Assembly (NCBI GenBank): GCA_009914755.4
Contig: CP086569.2
Location: 22,656,001 to 22,720,000, forward strand
Length of the DNA: 64,000 nucleotides
Direction: 5' to 3'
Origin: the human T2T-CHM13v2.0 reference genome, Homo sapiens
Shown here: positions 15,238 through 28,210 of the stretch, in pieces
How positions within the stretch are numbered: position 1 is the first letter of the stretch
How the letters are laid out: the number at the start of each line of letters is the position of its first letter
Made by a program: the position numbers and the translations under genes
Notes under the pieces: model-generated
What the model saw: only the letters and a program-made list of their open reading frames with translations
Databases searched by the model: none
What the model was told of the DNA's origin: nothing

Positions 15238-15575
15238 ATCTGCCTCTAAGTGGAGTCTGTTTAAAGGAATGAGGCTGACACACTTAAGCGCTTCTTCTTT
15301 TTTTTTTTTTTCAGTCTCCCAACCTAGTGTTTTCCTGTCTGTATGGCTCTGCTTGGGCTGCAGGGCTTTGTTTTCTTTATTTTTCTGTGGATCATGAATC
15401 CACAGATAATTGGGAGGTGTGCCATGAACCACCGGCTTTCAAATCAGCTCTGCCTGCAAAATATAAACAAACAAACAAACAAATAAATGCCACACGAAAA
15501 AACAGGCATCTCCCAGTGTTTCATTGTTCTGCAGCCAACCCAGGGAGAAACATTAGCAATCTTTTCCACAGGGAG
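1..15575 (+). repeat. Macrosatellite tandem array, + orientation: 6 complete units plus 1 truncated unit, each about 2.45-2.51 kb
   Basis: The unit-start motif (ggatcc acag gatagtcccatga ... gccagcctgaagaaatgtcaag ... ctaaggatc) recurs at 1, 2451, 4938, 7422, 9880, 12383 and 14890. Collinear similarity across whole units was judged by eye; no percent identity was computed. CpG is depleted, at about 20 CpG per unit. Confidence 0.9.
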
Positions 15576-16348
15576 ATACACAAAGCCACACGCACATGCA
15601 GACATCAAACACTCACAACACTCTCACAGAAAAAGACAGCCCAGCATCTCCTGAGGCTGCCTGGTACTGCAGGAAGCTTCACTTGGGAGACAGCAACCCT
15701 GGGGAACCCATGTGGGCTGTGCTTAGAAAACAGAGTGGGGCAATTTTCAAAAAGACTCACCCCTACAACATCTAGGTAGAACTGAGGCATCTTGAAGATC
15801 CTTTTGGACCCTTAGGGATTCCCCGGTTAATTCCTGCAGCACTTCTTGAAGTTTCCTCAGGCTGGCTCACGTCAGCCTTCTCCTAGGATCATGGGATTAT
15901 CCTGAGGATCCCACAAAGAAGACAAGTGAGAGTCTCCCACCGACCTACCTCCATGGAGGTTTCCATCTCCGCCACACTGCAGGGACTTGTCTCTAGGCAA
16001 CGGTGGCATTCATTGTGACGCCATCCAGAGCTTACAGCTCAGGCCTCCTGCCCTGAGACTAGCACATGCAAATTCGTGAGGCAAGGTTGGGTGCCCAGCT
16101 GTCAGAGATTTCTGCCTGCCTAAACAGAGGTAAATAGTACAGGCAGAGCCGGCCTGGTATCAGAAAAAAGCCTGACTGTGATAATTCACTGAGGGACACT
16201 AAAAGTCTCAACCTTAGAGCTCCCTCCGGTTGTCTCCATGGTCTGGCCTTACTTCAGCAGGACACATTTTGAGACTATGAGGTGGATGCTGGAAACTGCT
16301 TTTCTGACTCCTTGCCCAAAAGAGGCTGTGTGTTAAGAATCAGGTCCT

Positions 16349-16993
16349 ATTGAGAGAAGCTGGCTGGGCTTCTGGGTCCAGTGGGGACTTGGAGAACTTT
16401 TCTCTCTAGCTAAATGATTGTAAACACACCAATCAGCACTCTGTAAAAATGGACCAATCACCACTCTGTAAAACAGACCCATCGGCACTCTGTAAAATGG
16501 ACCAATCAGCAGAACGTGGGTGGGGCCAAATAAGGGAATAAAAGCTGGCCACCTGAGCTAGCAGTGGCAACCCGGGGGGTTCCTCCCATGGTGTGGAGGG
16601 TTCCTTCTTTCGCTCTTCACAATAAATCTTGCTGCTGCTCAGCCTTTGGGTCTGCACTACTTTTATGAGCTGTAACACTGACTGAAAATGTCTGTGGCTT
16701 TACTCCTGAAGTCAGCGAGACCATGAACCCACCAGGAGGAACAAGCAACTCTGGAGGCGCCACCTTTAAGAGCTGTAACACTCACTGGGAAGGTCTGCGG
16801 ATTCACTACTGATGTCAAGTGGGACCATGAACCCACCAGAAGGAAGAAACTCTGGACACATCTGAACATCTGAAGGAACAAACTCTGGACACACCATCTT
16901 TAAGAACTACAACACTCACCCCAAGGGTCCACAGCTTCATTCTTGAAGTCAGCAAGACTAAGAACCCACCAGAAGGAACAAATTCTGGTCACA
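16349..16993 (+). mobile_element. Solo LTR12 (HERV9 LTR), 5'-short form, inserted in the satellite
   Basis: Diagnostic LTR12 sequence is present: ggacttggagaacttttctctctagctaaatgattgtaaacacaccaatcagcactctgtaaaa, then tggaccaatcagcag..gtgggtggggccaaataagggaataaaagctggccac, then ..ctttcgctcttcacaataaatcttgctgctgctca. This is followed by the three 'gagctgtaacactcac..gaaggtctgc..' R/U5-type subrepeats. Satellite sequence resumes on both sides (caggtcc | LTR | ccatgggg attggaata). Confidence 0.8.
16437..16513 (+). promoter_or_regulatory. Three CCAAT boxes in the LTR12 U3 region (candidate NF-Y sites), with the LTR poly(A) signal AATAAA at 16629-16634
   Basis: ccaatcag occurs at 16437, 16462 and 16509. 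caataaatcttgc is at 16628-16640. Confidence 0.45.
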
Positions 16994-19900
16994 CCATGGG
17001 GATTGGAATATAGTCTGGTGAGTTTCTGTGGGTTTTTGGGTGATGGAATCATAACTGAGACCCCAGAGGCGGGTGTCTGCAAAAGATGGCTGGGCTCTTG
17101 ACCTCATCCTCCCACTGCCCACTGCCTCCCTTCATCCTGGCCTTATAAGGGCTCCCAGAGAAAGGCTGGAACCATGACAAAAGTAGGTCCAAGTTGGAGC
17201 AGTGTTCTCACACCTCAAACTGGCCTCTCAAAGGTGCAAACAAGGTTGAGACAGTGTCTCAGAGGCTGTCTGTGACAATTGCAAGCCTGGAATGGTGTCC
17301 AGCAGTGCTGTTGAGGGGCAATGTGGACCCCCCATGAAAGCAAAGAAAACTCAAAGCTTGCCTGAGAGAATGAACTGACTAGTGTCAGAGACGCAGCAAT
17401 ATTCAAAGGTATATGTCAGAAGACCCAAAATCCTCTGTCAAAGTGCAAATAAATTCAGCCCCCAAAATGAGAACACAAGCCACAACCTGGAACATAGCCA
17501 GCCTACCTAAAGTCCTTCTTGCTCCCTGAAATTCCTGGCATCCAAAAGATGAGTGATGATAGGCAGTCCCATTCAGCAAGAACACAATGAAAGATCCACT
17601 CAACAATGAGAAGACCATGCAAATAAAAGTGAAACAGAGTCTAGATTACCAGGTAAAAGCCAAACACAGCTGTCTGCTTCTCATCCTACAGGAATCATGA
17701 AGCCCTCTGATAGAAGTGAAAGAACAAGAGTTTCCTTGTTGACAGCTGTCACGGCAATTTATGGTTTTAAATTATCAATGCTGCCCAGTCATTAAAAAGT
17801 GACAGGGTTTAGAAGGAAACACTCATGTGATGGATTCCCATGAGGGTCATTCTCTGAGAAGTGGGAAAGATTTAGTGTGGAAGCCATTGTGCAAGACCCA
17901 GGAAACCCTAGGCTGACGAGGAACCTGGAAGTCAAGAAAAGAAGAGGTCACCCCTCCCAGCATTAACCCATTCCATCCCCATTCCAACCTATTTGGCTAT
18001 GGGTGTGAAAGCCATAAATCAGGAGTTTGTCAGGATGGGCCCAATTTGCACTCCAAATACTCCCTGAACATTGGATTACTTCCACCTGAAAAATAGGCCG
18101 TGATGGGGACCGCTTGCACAATTAGCAGAATGGGGGGATGGATTTGGAAGCAACTTCAGTGTCATCTGTCTTCATTTTTTTTTTTGCAGTTGAAATTGTG
18201 GGACCCATCCACTCCTCACTAGATTGTATCCTCAACCCTATCTGACCTTATTGCTGCTCACACTCTGTGTCCCAGGATGAAATCTCAAGATGATGGAGGA
18301 GTGCCCCCTTTGACCTGAAGCACCTGCTCAGCTAGGAACCAAATTCAAGGTAAGTTTCAGAGTTACTGGGGAAAGGACTGCTAGTGTCTCTCATTGGGTT
18401 GACCACAGGACAATGAAACAGTGGGAGATGTCTGTTTTCTAGTGTTGTGTGTTCCTCATCTTTCTAGAAGAGTGCTTTTTGTTCATTTGCTTGTTTGTTT
18501 GTTTTGCAGGGGGAGGTGACTTGGACGCTGGCAAGTCTCGACCCGCCCCCCAATATACTGGGGATTCATGATCCACAGAAAAATAGAGAACACAGCCCTG
18601 CGACTAAAGCAAAGCCACACAGACAAGCCATCAAAATGTTGAGAGACTCAAATAAAGAAGCACTGAAATGTGTTAGCCACATTCTTTTAAGCAGACTCCA
18701 TTTGCAGGAACACACACACACAAAGACACAATACCACACAAACACATGCAGAAATCTGACACTCATAACACTCCCACAGAAACACACAGCCCGGCAGCTT
18801 CTGAGGCTGTGTGTTTCTGTAGGAAGCCCCACCTTGGAGAGAGCAACCCCAGGGAACAGAGGCAGGCTCTAACTAAAAATATCATGGGGGCAAGTTTCAT
18901 AAAGACTCACTCCTAGAACTCCTGGGCAGGCCTAAGGAATCCTGCAGATGATTTTGGATCCACAGGGATTTTGTAGTTTATTCCTGGGGCTCTGCTTGAC
19001 ATTTCTTCAGGCTCACTCACATCTTTCTCTCCTAGGATCATGGGATTATTCCATGTATCCCACAGAGAAGACAGGTGAGAGTCCACCAGCGCACCTCCAC
19101 AGAGGTCTCTTTCTCCACAAGCTGCAGGGACTTGTCTCTTGCCAACAGTGACATTCCTTGTGACACTTGCCAGAACTCAAAATCAGGCATGGTGCCCTGA
19201 GTCTAGCTCATGCACATTCGTGAGGCAGGCTCTGGCATCCGGCTGTCAGAGCTGTCAGCCTGACTAAGCAGAGGAAAATGCTGCAAGCAGAGCCGGCCTT
19301 GTATCAGGAAAAAGGATGCCTATGAAAACCCACTGCGAGACCCTAAAAGTCTCAAACTCAGGGCCTCTTTGGGCCATCTCCATGGTCAGGTCCCACTGGA
19401 GGAGGAGGTGTTTCAAGACTGTGAGGTGGTCGCTGGAAACTGCTCTTCTGACTCTATTCCTGAAAGAGGCTGTGTGCAAGAATCAGGTCCCATGGAGATT
19501 GGAATAGAGTCTCTTGTGTTGTTGGGGTTCTTTGGGTGATAGAATTATACTTGAAACCCCAGAGGTGGGCATCACTAAAAGATGCCCGAGCTTGACCTCA
19601 TGGCATCCCTTCATCCTGGGTCTCACAGGGGCTGTCTGGAAAAGTCAGGAACCATCACAGAGGAAAGTCCAAGGTGAAGCAGTTGTCTCACACCACAGAC
19701 TGGTCTCTCCTTGGTGCAGATGAGGTTGACACAGTGACTCAGAGGCTGTCTGTGGTGATAGTAAGCCTGAAAATTGTGTTCAGCAGTGCTGTAGTGCTGT
19801 TAAGGGTCATTGTAGATTTTTCATGAAAGCAAGGAAAAAACAAGGCTTGCCTGAGGAAATGAGCTGCCTTGTGCTGGAGTCCAAACTTGGACTGAACTCT

Positions 19901-22900
19901 TATGGGTAAAGATAAGGTAGAGACCATGTCTCAGAGGTCATCTTTGATGATGCCAAGCCTGAAAATGATATCCAGTAGAGCTGTTGAAGGACACTGTAGA
20001 TTGTCCATAAAAGCAAAGAAAAATCAAGGTTCACCTGATAGAATGAGCTGCATTGACCTGGAGTTTAAGCAATGTTCAATGCTTCCTGTTAGAGGTCCCA
20101 AAAGCCTCCTGCAAATTGCAAACAACCTCAGCCCCCATAACGAGACAACGACTCAAAACTTGGAGCACCGCCAGACTCCTCAAAGTCCCTTTTGCTCTTT
20201 GAAATCTCTGGAAGCAAAATAATCTTTGGCAAGAGGCAGTCCCATCCAGCCACAGCCCAATGAAAGAACCCCCACTCAACGAGAAGACCATGTAGATGAA
20301 AAAAATCAGAGACTAGATTGCCAGGCAAAAGCCAGACAGGGCTGCCTGCTTCTCATCCTACAGGAATCATGCGGAATGCCAAGAGAAGTGAAAAAAAAAA
20401 GAGTTTCCTTGTTGGCAGCTGTAAGGGAATTTACAGTTTTAAAGGTATCAAAGCTGCCCAGTCATTAAATTGTGACAGTGTTTAGAAGGAAACACTCAGG
20501 CAATGGATTCCCATTAGGGTCATTCTCTGTGAACTGAGAAACGTTTACTGTGTCATTGAGCCAGACACAGGAAAACCTGCACCAACAAGAAACATGGACA
20601 TCAGAGAAAGAAGAGTCAAGTGTGGAGGCCATATCCCACCAAGCATCAATCCATTTCATTCCCATTTGGCTCCCGGTATGAAAGCCCTCAAATTGGGAGT
20701 TTGCCAAGATGACCCCAATTTGCACTCCAAATGTTCTTGCCCATTGGAGTACTTTCACCTGAACACCATGCTATGGTGTGGACTACTTGTGCAATTAAGG
20801 GAATGTTGGGATGGAGTTGGAAGTATCTTCTGTGTCATCTGTCTTCATTTTTTTGCAGGTGAAGTTGTGGGATCTCATCCAATTCCCACCAGATTGTATC
20901 CTCACCCCTGTCTGACCTTATTGCTGCTCACACTCTATGTCCCAAAATGAAAACCCAAGTTGATGGAGTATTGCCCCCTCATGATGTGAAGAAACTGCTT
21001 GGCTGGGACCTGAATTTGAGGTAAATTCAAGGGCCCTATAGACAGGACTGCTAGTGTCTCTCCCTGAATTGGCTGCAGGACAGTGAAACACTCAGAGATG
21101 TCTGTTTTTTCATGTGGTATGCTCCCCTTTTTTCTAAGAGTGGCTTTCTTTTGGAGTGGGAGGTGAGTGTGACGCTGGTGGGTCTCAGCCTGTGTCCCAA
21201 TTCTCTGGGGATTTATGATCCACAGAAGACTAAAGAACATGGAACTCCACAGCCCAAGCAGTGCTGCACAGACAGGCCACCAAAAAGTTGGGAGACTCAA
21301 AAAAAATAGCTAAAATGTGTTAGCCACATTCCTTTAAGTATACTCCACTTATATTCTAACACGCACACACACACACACACACACATGCAGACATCCAATA
21401 CCCTCAATACTTTCACAGAAACACACAGGCTGGCAGCTCCTGAGGCTGTGTGGTTCTGCAGGAAGCCCCATTTGGGAGAGAGCAACCTCGAGGAACACAG
21501 CTGCTGTATGTGGATATCACAGTAGGGCAAGTTTCAAAAAGACTCACCCCTACAAAGTCTAAACAGGTTTGAGGAATTCTGCAGATTGTTTTGTATTCTT
21601 AGGGATTTCACAGTTTATTCCTGGGGCTCTGTTTGATGTTATTTCTGGCTGCCTCATGTCTTCCCTCTCCTAGGATCATGGGACTGTACCATGGATACAA
21701 CAGAGAAGACAGGCCAGAATCCACTGCTGACACACCTCCAGGGAAACCTCTTTATCTGCCAAGCTGCAGGGATTTGTCACTGGCAAAGGTGACATTCATT
21801 GTGAAGCTAGCCAGAGCTCGCAATCAGGCCTGATGCCCTGAGACTAGGGCACGCACATTAATGAGGCAGGCTCTGGCCCTGGCTCTCAGACCTGTCAGCC
21901 TGCCTAAGCAGAGGAAAATGGCAGAGGCAGAGTCGGTCTGGTATCGGGAAAAAAGCTGCCTGTGAAACCCACTGAAGGACCCTAAAAGTCTCAACTTTGG
22001 GGGTTATTCAAGCCATCTCCATGGTTGTGTCCCACTGGAGGAGGAGGTGTTTTGAGACCATGAGGTGGTCGCAGAAACTGCTCTTCTCTTCTGAGTCCGT
22101 TCCCAAAGGAGGCTGTGTGAAAGAATTAGGTCCCATAGGGATTGATATATAGTCTGGTGTGTTCTGGAGGGGTTTTTTGGGTGATAGCAGCAGACCTGAG
22201 ATCCCAGAGGTGGGTGTCAGCAAAAGATGGCCAGGCTCTTGACCTCTCTGCCTCCCTTCATCGGGGGCCTCACATAGGCTCTCTGGGAAAGGCAGGAAGC
22301 AAGACAAGGCAAGTATAAGATCAACACTGTTCTCACACCTCGAACTTGCCCCTCATGGGTGCATATGAGGATGTGACACCATCTCAGAGGCTGTCTGTGG
22401 TGACGGCAAGCCTAAAAATGGTGTCCAGTAGTGCTGTTGAGGAGCACTGTGAATTCTCCATGAAAGCAAAGAAAAATCAAAGCTCACCTGAAACAACAAG
22501 ATGCCTTTTGCCAGAGTCCAAGCAATGTTCAATGATTCCTGTCAGAGGACCCCAAAGACTCCTGCAAAGTGCAAACAACTTCAGCTCCCACAACATACAA
22601 CAATCCACAATCTGGAGTGCAGCCAGATGATGCAAAGTCCCTTCTGCTCTCTGATATCTCTGGCAGCTAAATAATTGGTGGGAAGAGGCATTCCTATCCA
22701 GCAACAGAACAATGCAAGAGCCCCTCCACTATGAGAAGGCCATACAGATGACAGGAAACAGAGGCTAGTTTACCAGGCAAAGCCAGACACAGCTGCCAGC
22801 TTGTCATCCTACAGGAATCATGCAGCACTCCAATAGAACTGGGAGAATAAGAGTTTCCTTGTTGTTGGCTGTAACAGGAGTTTATGGTTTTTAAAGTATC

Positions 22901-24981
22901 AAAGCTACCGAGTCATTAAAACATGAGAGTTTTTAGAAGAAAACACTCATGCTATGGATTCCCATGAGGGTCATTCTCATGAACTGAGAAACATTTAGTG
23001 TGGAAGCCGTTGAGCCAGACACAGGAAACCCTAGGCTGGTAAGAAACATGGAAGTCAGAAAAAGAAGAGGCAAGTGTAGAGGCCACATCCTACCCAGCAT
23101 CAATCCATTCCACTCCCATTTGGCTCTGGGTATGAAAGCTCTCATATTGGGAGTTTGCCAGGATGACCCCAATTTGCACTCCAAATGCTACTTGCACATT
23201 GAAGTACTCTCAACTGAATTCTGGGCCATGGTGTGGACTGCTTTTGCAATTAAGGGAATGTTGGGTTGGAGTTAGAAGCATCTTTTCTGTCATCTGTCTT
23301 TATTTTTATTTTTATTTTTTTGCAGGTGAAGTTGCTGGACCCCATTTTCCATTCAGCAGATTGTATCCTCACCACAGCTGACCTTATTGCTGCTCAGACT
23401 CTATGTTCCAGGATAAAATCACAAGAAGATGTAGTAGTGCCCCCTCATGATGTGAAGCATGTTCACAGCTGGGAACCAAATTCGAGGTTAATCTAAGTGG
23501 CCTTGCAGACAGATCTGCTAGTGTCTCTCCCTGCGTTGTCCTCAAGATGATGGAAACACTGAGAGATACCTGGTTTTTGGTGTGGTGTGCTACTCTTCTG
23601 GAAGAGTGGTTTTTAGTGCAGGGGGAGGTGATTTGGACGCTGGCGGGTCTTGGCCCACCTCCAAATTCACTGCGGATTCATGATCCACAGAAAAATAACA
23701 CGGAGCCATGCAGCCCAAGCATAGCCACACAGACAGGCCACCAAAATGTAGTGAGGCTAAAAACAAGAAGCACTGAAGTGTGTTAGCCCCATTCCTTTAA
23801 GCAGACTCCACTTACAGGCACACACACACACACACAATGCCACACACACTCGATGTCAAACACTCACAACATGCCCACAGAAACACACAGCATGGCAGAT
23901 CCTGAGGTTGCATAGTTCTGCAGGAGGCCCCACCTGGGAGACAGCAACCCCAGGGAACACAGGCAGGCTGTACCTAGAAATCACATTGGGGCAAGTTTCA
24001 AAGCCCATACAACTTATAGGCTGGCCTGAGGAATTCTGCAGATCCTTTGGGATCCTTAGGGATTTTGCAGTTTATTTCTGGGGCTGTGGTTGATGTTTCT
24101 TCAGGCTGACTCCCACAAGCTCTCTGACCTTGGTTGATGTTTCTTCAGGCTGGCTCACATCTGCCCTCTCATAGTATCATGGGACTATCCTGTGGAATCC
24201 ACAGAAAAGACAGGGGAGAGTCCACTGTCAATGCACCTCCAAGCAGATCTCCTTTTCTGCCAAGCCACAGGGACTTTTTGCTAGGCAACAGTGACATTCA
24301 TTGTGAGGCTAGCCAGAATTCACCATCAGGCCTGGTGCCCTGAGAATAGTACATGCACATTCTTCAGGCAGGTTCAAGAACCCAGCTGTCAGAGCTGCCA
24401 GCCTGCCTAGGCAGAAGAAAATGCACAGGCAAAGCTGGCCTCACATCGGGAAAATGGCTACCTGTGAAAACCCACTGTGACACCCTAAACGTCTTGACCT
24501 TAGGGTCCCATGGGCAGTCTCCACGGTCTCCTCCCGCTGGAGGAGTAGGCATTTCAAGACTGTTAGGTGGTCGCTGGAAACTGCTCTTCTGACTCCATTC
24601 CTGAAAGAGAATGTGTGTGTACAATACCCCAATCCCATGGGGATTGGGATATAGTCTGTTGTGTTGTTCAGTGTTCTTTGGGTGATAGAAGACCCCAGAG
24701 GCAGGTGTCAGCAAAAGCTGGCCAGACCCTTAATCTCACTGCCTCCCTTCATCCTGGGCCTCACAGGTGCTCTCCCAGATAATCAAGAACCAAAAGAAAG
24801 GCAAGTCGATGTTGGAGACATGTTCTCACACTTTGAACTGGCCTGTCATGGGTGCAGATGAGGTTAAGACAGTGTCTCAGAGGCGGTCTGTGGAGATTGC
24901 TACCCTTAGGGTATCCAGTAGTGTTGATGTAAGAGCACTGTGGATTCCTAATGACAGGAGAAAAAAATCACTTGAGAGAAT

Positions 24982-25572
24982 TGTTGGGAAACCAGCCCCA
25001 CAATGCCCCGTGGGTACCCTAAATCCAACAGAGACAAATAATTAGAAAGAGACAGAATGAGAGTTTAAAAGGCAGGTCCAGGGGACCAGAGAATTGGAGG
25101 CTTGCTCATGGCCTGGAGCTCTCAGCCACCACCCAATTTATTGCTTTACAAGCTCTTTGTTCTTAGGGCAGATCTGAGGGGTAGGAAGGGCTGAGGGAAA
25201 GGATTAATCAGTGAGGGAGAACCCGTGAGTCATTCAATAAGATGTATAGCAGTAGCAGTTTCTGTGAATTTCCTCTAGCAAAGGCGTGTGTCTAAACTAC
25301 TTAATATATTTAACTTATCAGGACTGAAATGGATGGGAGAAGGCTTCAGGAGAAGCCAAGATGTTTGATTATACTCCACTGCTTCAAGAGAGTGTTATTT
25401 CCCTGAGCAACCTGTGGCAGCCCGCTGAGCTGTTATGCTCTCTGGGCATAAGGACATGAAGGCAATAAGGAGACTTTTCTCCTCAGAGGCCACCCATGGG
25501 AGTGACTCCCCATGGGAGTCTCACACCGGAGAGATCAACTCATTTGGCATCCCAGAAACTCTCTTTCCCACA
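24982..25572 (-). mobile_element. 3' LTR (591 bp) of the HML-type provirus
   Basis: Aligns with 30111-31008 apart from the Alu. The adjacent internal sequence in provirus sense is ..gagacaaaaaagtgggaca|TGTGGGAAAG, a purine-rich polypurine-tract-like run. Confidence 0.8.
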
Positions 25573-25689
25573 TGTCCCACTTTTTTGTCTCCATTTTTTT
25601 AAATTAATAACCACCATTGCTATCATAGCTCATTCACGGTGTCTATCTACTCTCCCAAGATGCTGTCTGCATCAGTAGGTTAAAAAAAA

Positions 25690-27470
25690 AACAGCATAAA
25701 AAGACACACACCAAAGTAATATTTGCAATTGATGATCCACCTATGGTTTTAATTCACTTTAAAGGATTAGTGTTAAAAAGGCCCTCAGTGGTTCCAGCAA
25801 GAATATCAGCTCTAGGCAACAGGATGGGATGAGCCTGAGATGCGGCAAAAAGTTGTTTTTTCAGTTTAGCAGGATCTAATGTTAAATTATCTTCTTCTCC
25901 TGGTAGGTGATGTCTAATCATCTCCCAGTGGTGTTCAGTGATATTATAAGAGCTAGGAGGAATACGAAATCAGAAGTATTCCAATCACATTGCATTTGAA
26001 TTCTATGCTCCAAGTTCATAATCCGATCTCCCATTCAGATTACTGTCTGATGATCATTAATTTGATTTGCCAATTTTTGATCTATTTGGCTTTGGGAATT
26101 CCAAAGCTTGGAAGAATTTTTCTGCCAACTATGCACAGCGCTCGCAGGTTGAATAGAAGAGTGCAAAGCAAAGCCAGCAGCAGCAGCTATAGCTGTGACA
26201 GATTTAAGACCCATGATGAGAGCTATTAAAGTAAATATGAATCTCTTTGATCATTAAGTATTTCTTTTAGTACTGCAGTGATAATATATATGGAGGAAGA
26301 GGACTCCCAAGTTCTATTGAGGGAAACAGGTATCCAAACTCCTTCTTGGGCCCTAACCAGTAAAATGCTATTATCTTTATTAAAGGTAGAATTAATGCAG
26401 GTAAAAATATGACAGCTGAGGCATGATATGCTTTGAGAGTCAAGCAGGATATTAACTTTTCCTGCTGCTAACATAAAAGGAGGTTTAACACAACTCTGTA
26501 ATGGGACTGTCTGATTAGATATCATGGCTACAACAAATTGAAGTTTTTTACTCTGGGTGTCTGTTTTATATTCTCCTTTCTGAATCCCAACTGGGGTTTG
26601 AGACATCATTAATTTCCACATTTTGGATGTTCTGGACTTATAATTGGATCAATCATTTTTGGCTTTGGAGGAGCCATACCGTTCTCTCCTACTTAATAGG
26701 GTAATTTGTTTCAATTCTTCTATATAATATTGGTACATTATCTGGGTAGTCGTTTGTAAAGGAGTCTCTCTAAAGTCTTTGCTCTGTCCAGTACAATTTA
26801 CTGAAAAGTGACCCCTAGGGGCCCAATCAGTGATGAATCCAATGGAATTATTTTCAATACTGCAGCACTGTTTGCAATACAGTCTTCCCAGGTTAGCATC
26901 TCTAGCTTTTCAGATCATTTAGTGGCCTGCCTGGGGCAGGACTTCTTATTAGGTTTAAATTTATTAATCTGATGATGTGTCATAACATAGCCATGCTCAA
27001 GGTATTTAATTGTGTCCAAAGATTGAAATGTTCTTCCACTGATTACATGAATAGAGGCCTTTCATCCATTATGTGCAGGGACATAAACCATCTGACATTG
27101 TTGATCATAATTTAAACATCCTGCTGTTGGCCCCAGGCAGATGGGAGGAAAGTGATAACCAATGGAAACTTTCATTAACATTCCTTCCTCCTCTGGATGA
27201 GTAGGACCTCAGTTATCTATTGGTCCAGGCATCCAGACACTAGCATTAACATAACCTTCACTGGGGCATCTAACCTTGTAACAGGTCTAATCAGTGGTGG
27301 GAATGGGATGTAGGTCCAATAAGTGTAATTTTGATCTGCCCCTCTGCAGGGAGACTCACCACCAAGGGGATTACCACCATCATAGCTACCATTAGATTAC
27401 TGGTGGTCAGCAGCTTGTGCTGAGACCTCAGTTTCTCTTCTTCAATGTGAGCTAGTCTCCTCATCTGCCC
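25690..27470 (-). pseudogene. env (SU and TM) of the HML-type provirus, nearly full length with frameshifts and stops
   Basis: Minus-strand translations include ..FITDWAPRGHFSVNCTGQS.. and ..TVPLQSCVKPPFMLAAGKVNILLDSQSISCLSCHIFTCINSTFNKDNSILLVRAQEGVWIPVSLNRTWESS.. on the SU side. TM-side matches are ..[68 protein letters not shown].. and ..[31 protein letters not shown].. All parallel HERV-K Env. Confidence 0.75.
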
Positions 27471-27699
27471 CCAGGTCAGTGGAGTTGTTTAGTGAGTTTT
27501 ACTGGTTTCCACCTGCTTAACAAAGATGTTCATCTGAGCCATCTGATGAACTGGTGGTGCAAGGACTTTCTGAGGTCTTTTCCTTTTGCTTGAATTCTGG
27601 CTCTTGGCACCACTTAACATGTCTTGTGGGTACCCAGAGAAGAAGCTGATTCTCTCCTGGTGAGATGCAAGCAAATCCTCACCCCCAAAAAGACCCACT

Positions 27700-27838
27700 G
27701 GGGCCTTTTGTTTGGGCCAGTTTTTTGGCTATTGATAAAGAACTATGATTGACATGTCTGCTCTTGTGTCGACCAGACCCTTAAATTGTTTTCCTTGAAT
27801 AGTGACCATACAAATAGGTCTATTGTCAGAGACTTGAT
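27700..27838 (-). pseudogene. Protease active-site region, with a mutated active site
   Basis: Minus-strand translation ..LVDTRADMSIIVLYQ*PKNWPKQKAPVGLFGG versus HERV-K ..LVDTGADVSIIALNQWPKNWPKQKAVTGLVG. The catalytic DTGAD has become DTRAD. Downstream, protease is truncated and joins env within about 250 bp, so RT, RNase H and integrase are absent. Confidence 0.65.
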
Positions 27839-28210
27839 TTACCCAATGGGCAGCCTTGCCTGCTGAATTTGTGCTTCCAAATCCTCCTTTTTTTCTGAGC
27901 TTTCTCGTAACTTAACATATGGTAAAAGCAACAGTTGAGCTATTCTGTCATCTGGATTAGTACTCCAGTGGACAATGGAGGAAATAACAATTTGAATTTC
28001 TCCCTGGCAATCAGAGTCCACTACTCCGGTATGTACTTGAATTCCCTTTAATTTTAAGCTGGACCTTCCCAGTATAAGTCCCACCATGCCATTTGACAAT
28101 GGGCGATAGACTCCCATTGGGATCTTCCTGCGAGTCTCCCCAGGAAGGAGGAATACAGCTTTTGTACAGCATGTATTTACTGCCCCACTTTTATCTCTGG
28201 AGGGGGACAA
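27839..28210 (-). pseudogene. dUTPase domain of the pro ORF (betaretroviral hallmark)
   Basis: ..LKGIQVHTGVVDSDCQGEIQIVISSIVHWSTNPDDRIAQLLLLPYVKL versus HERV-K dUTPase ..[44 protein letters not shown]. Confidence 0.75.
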
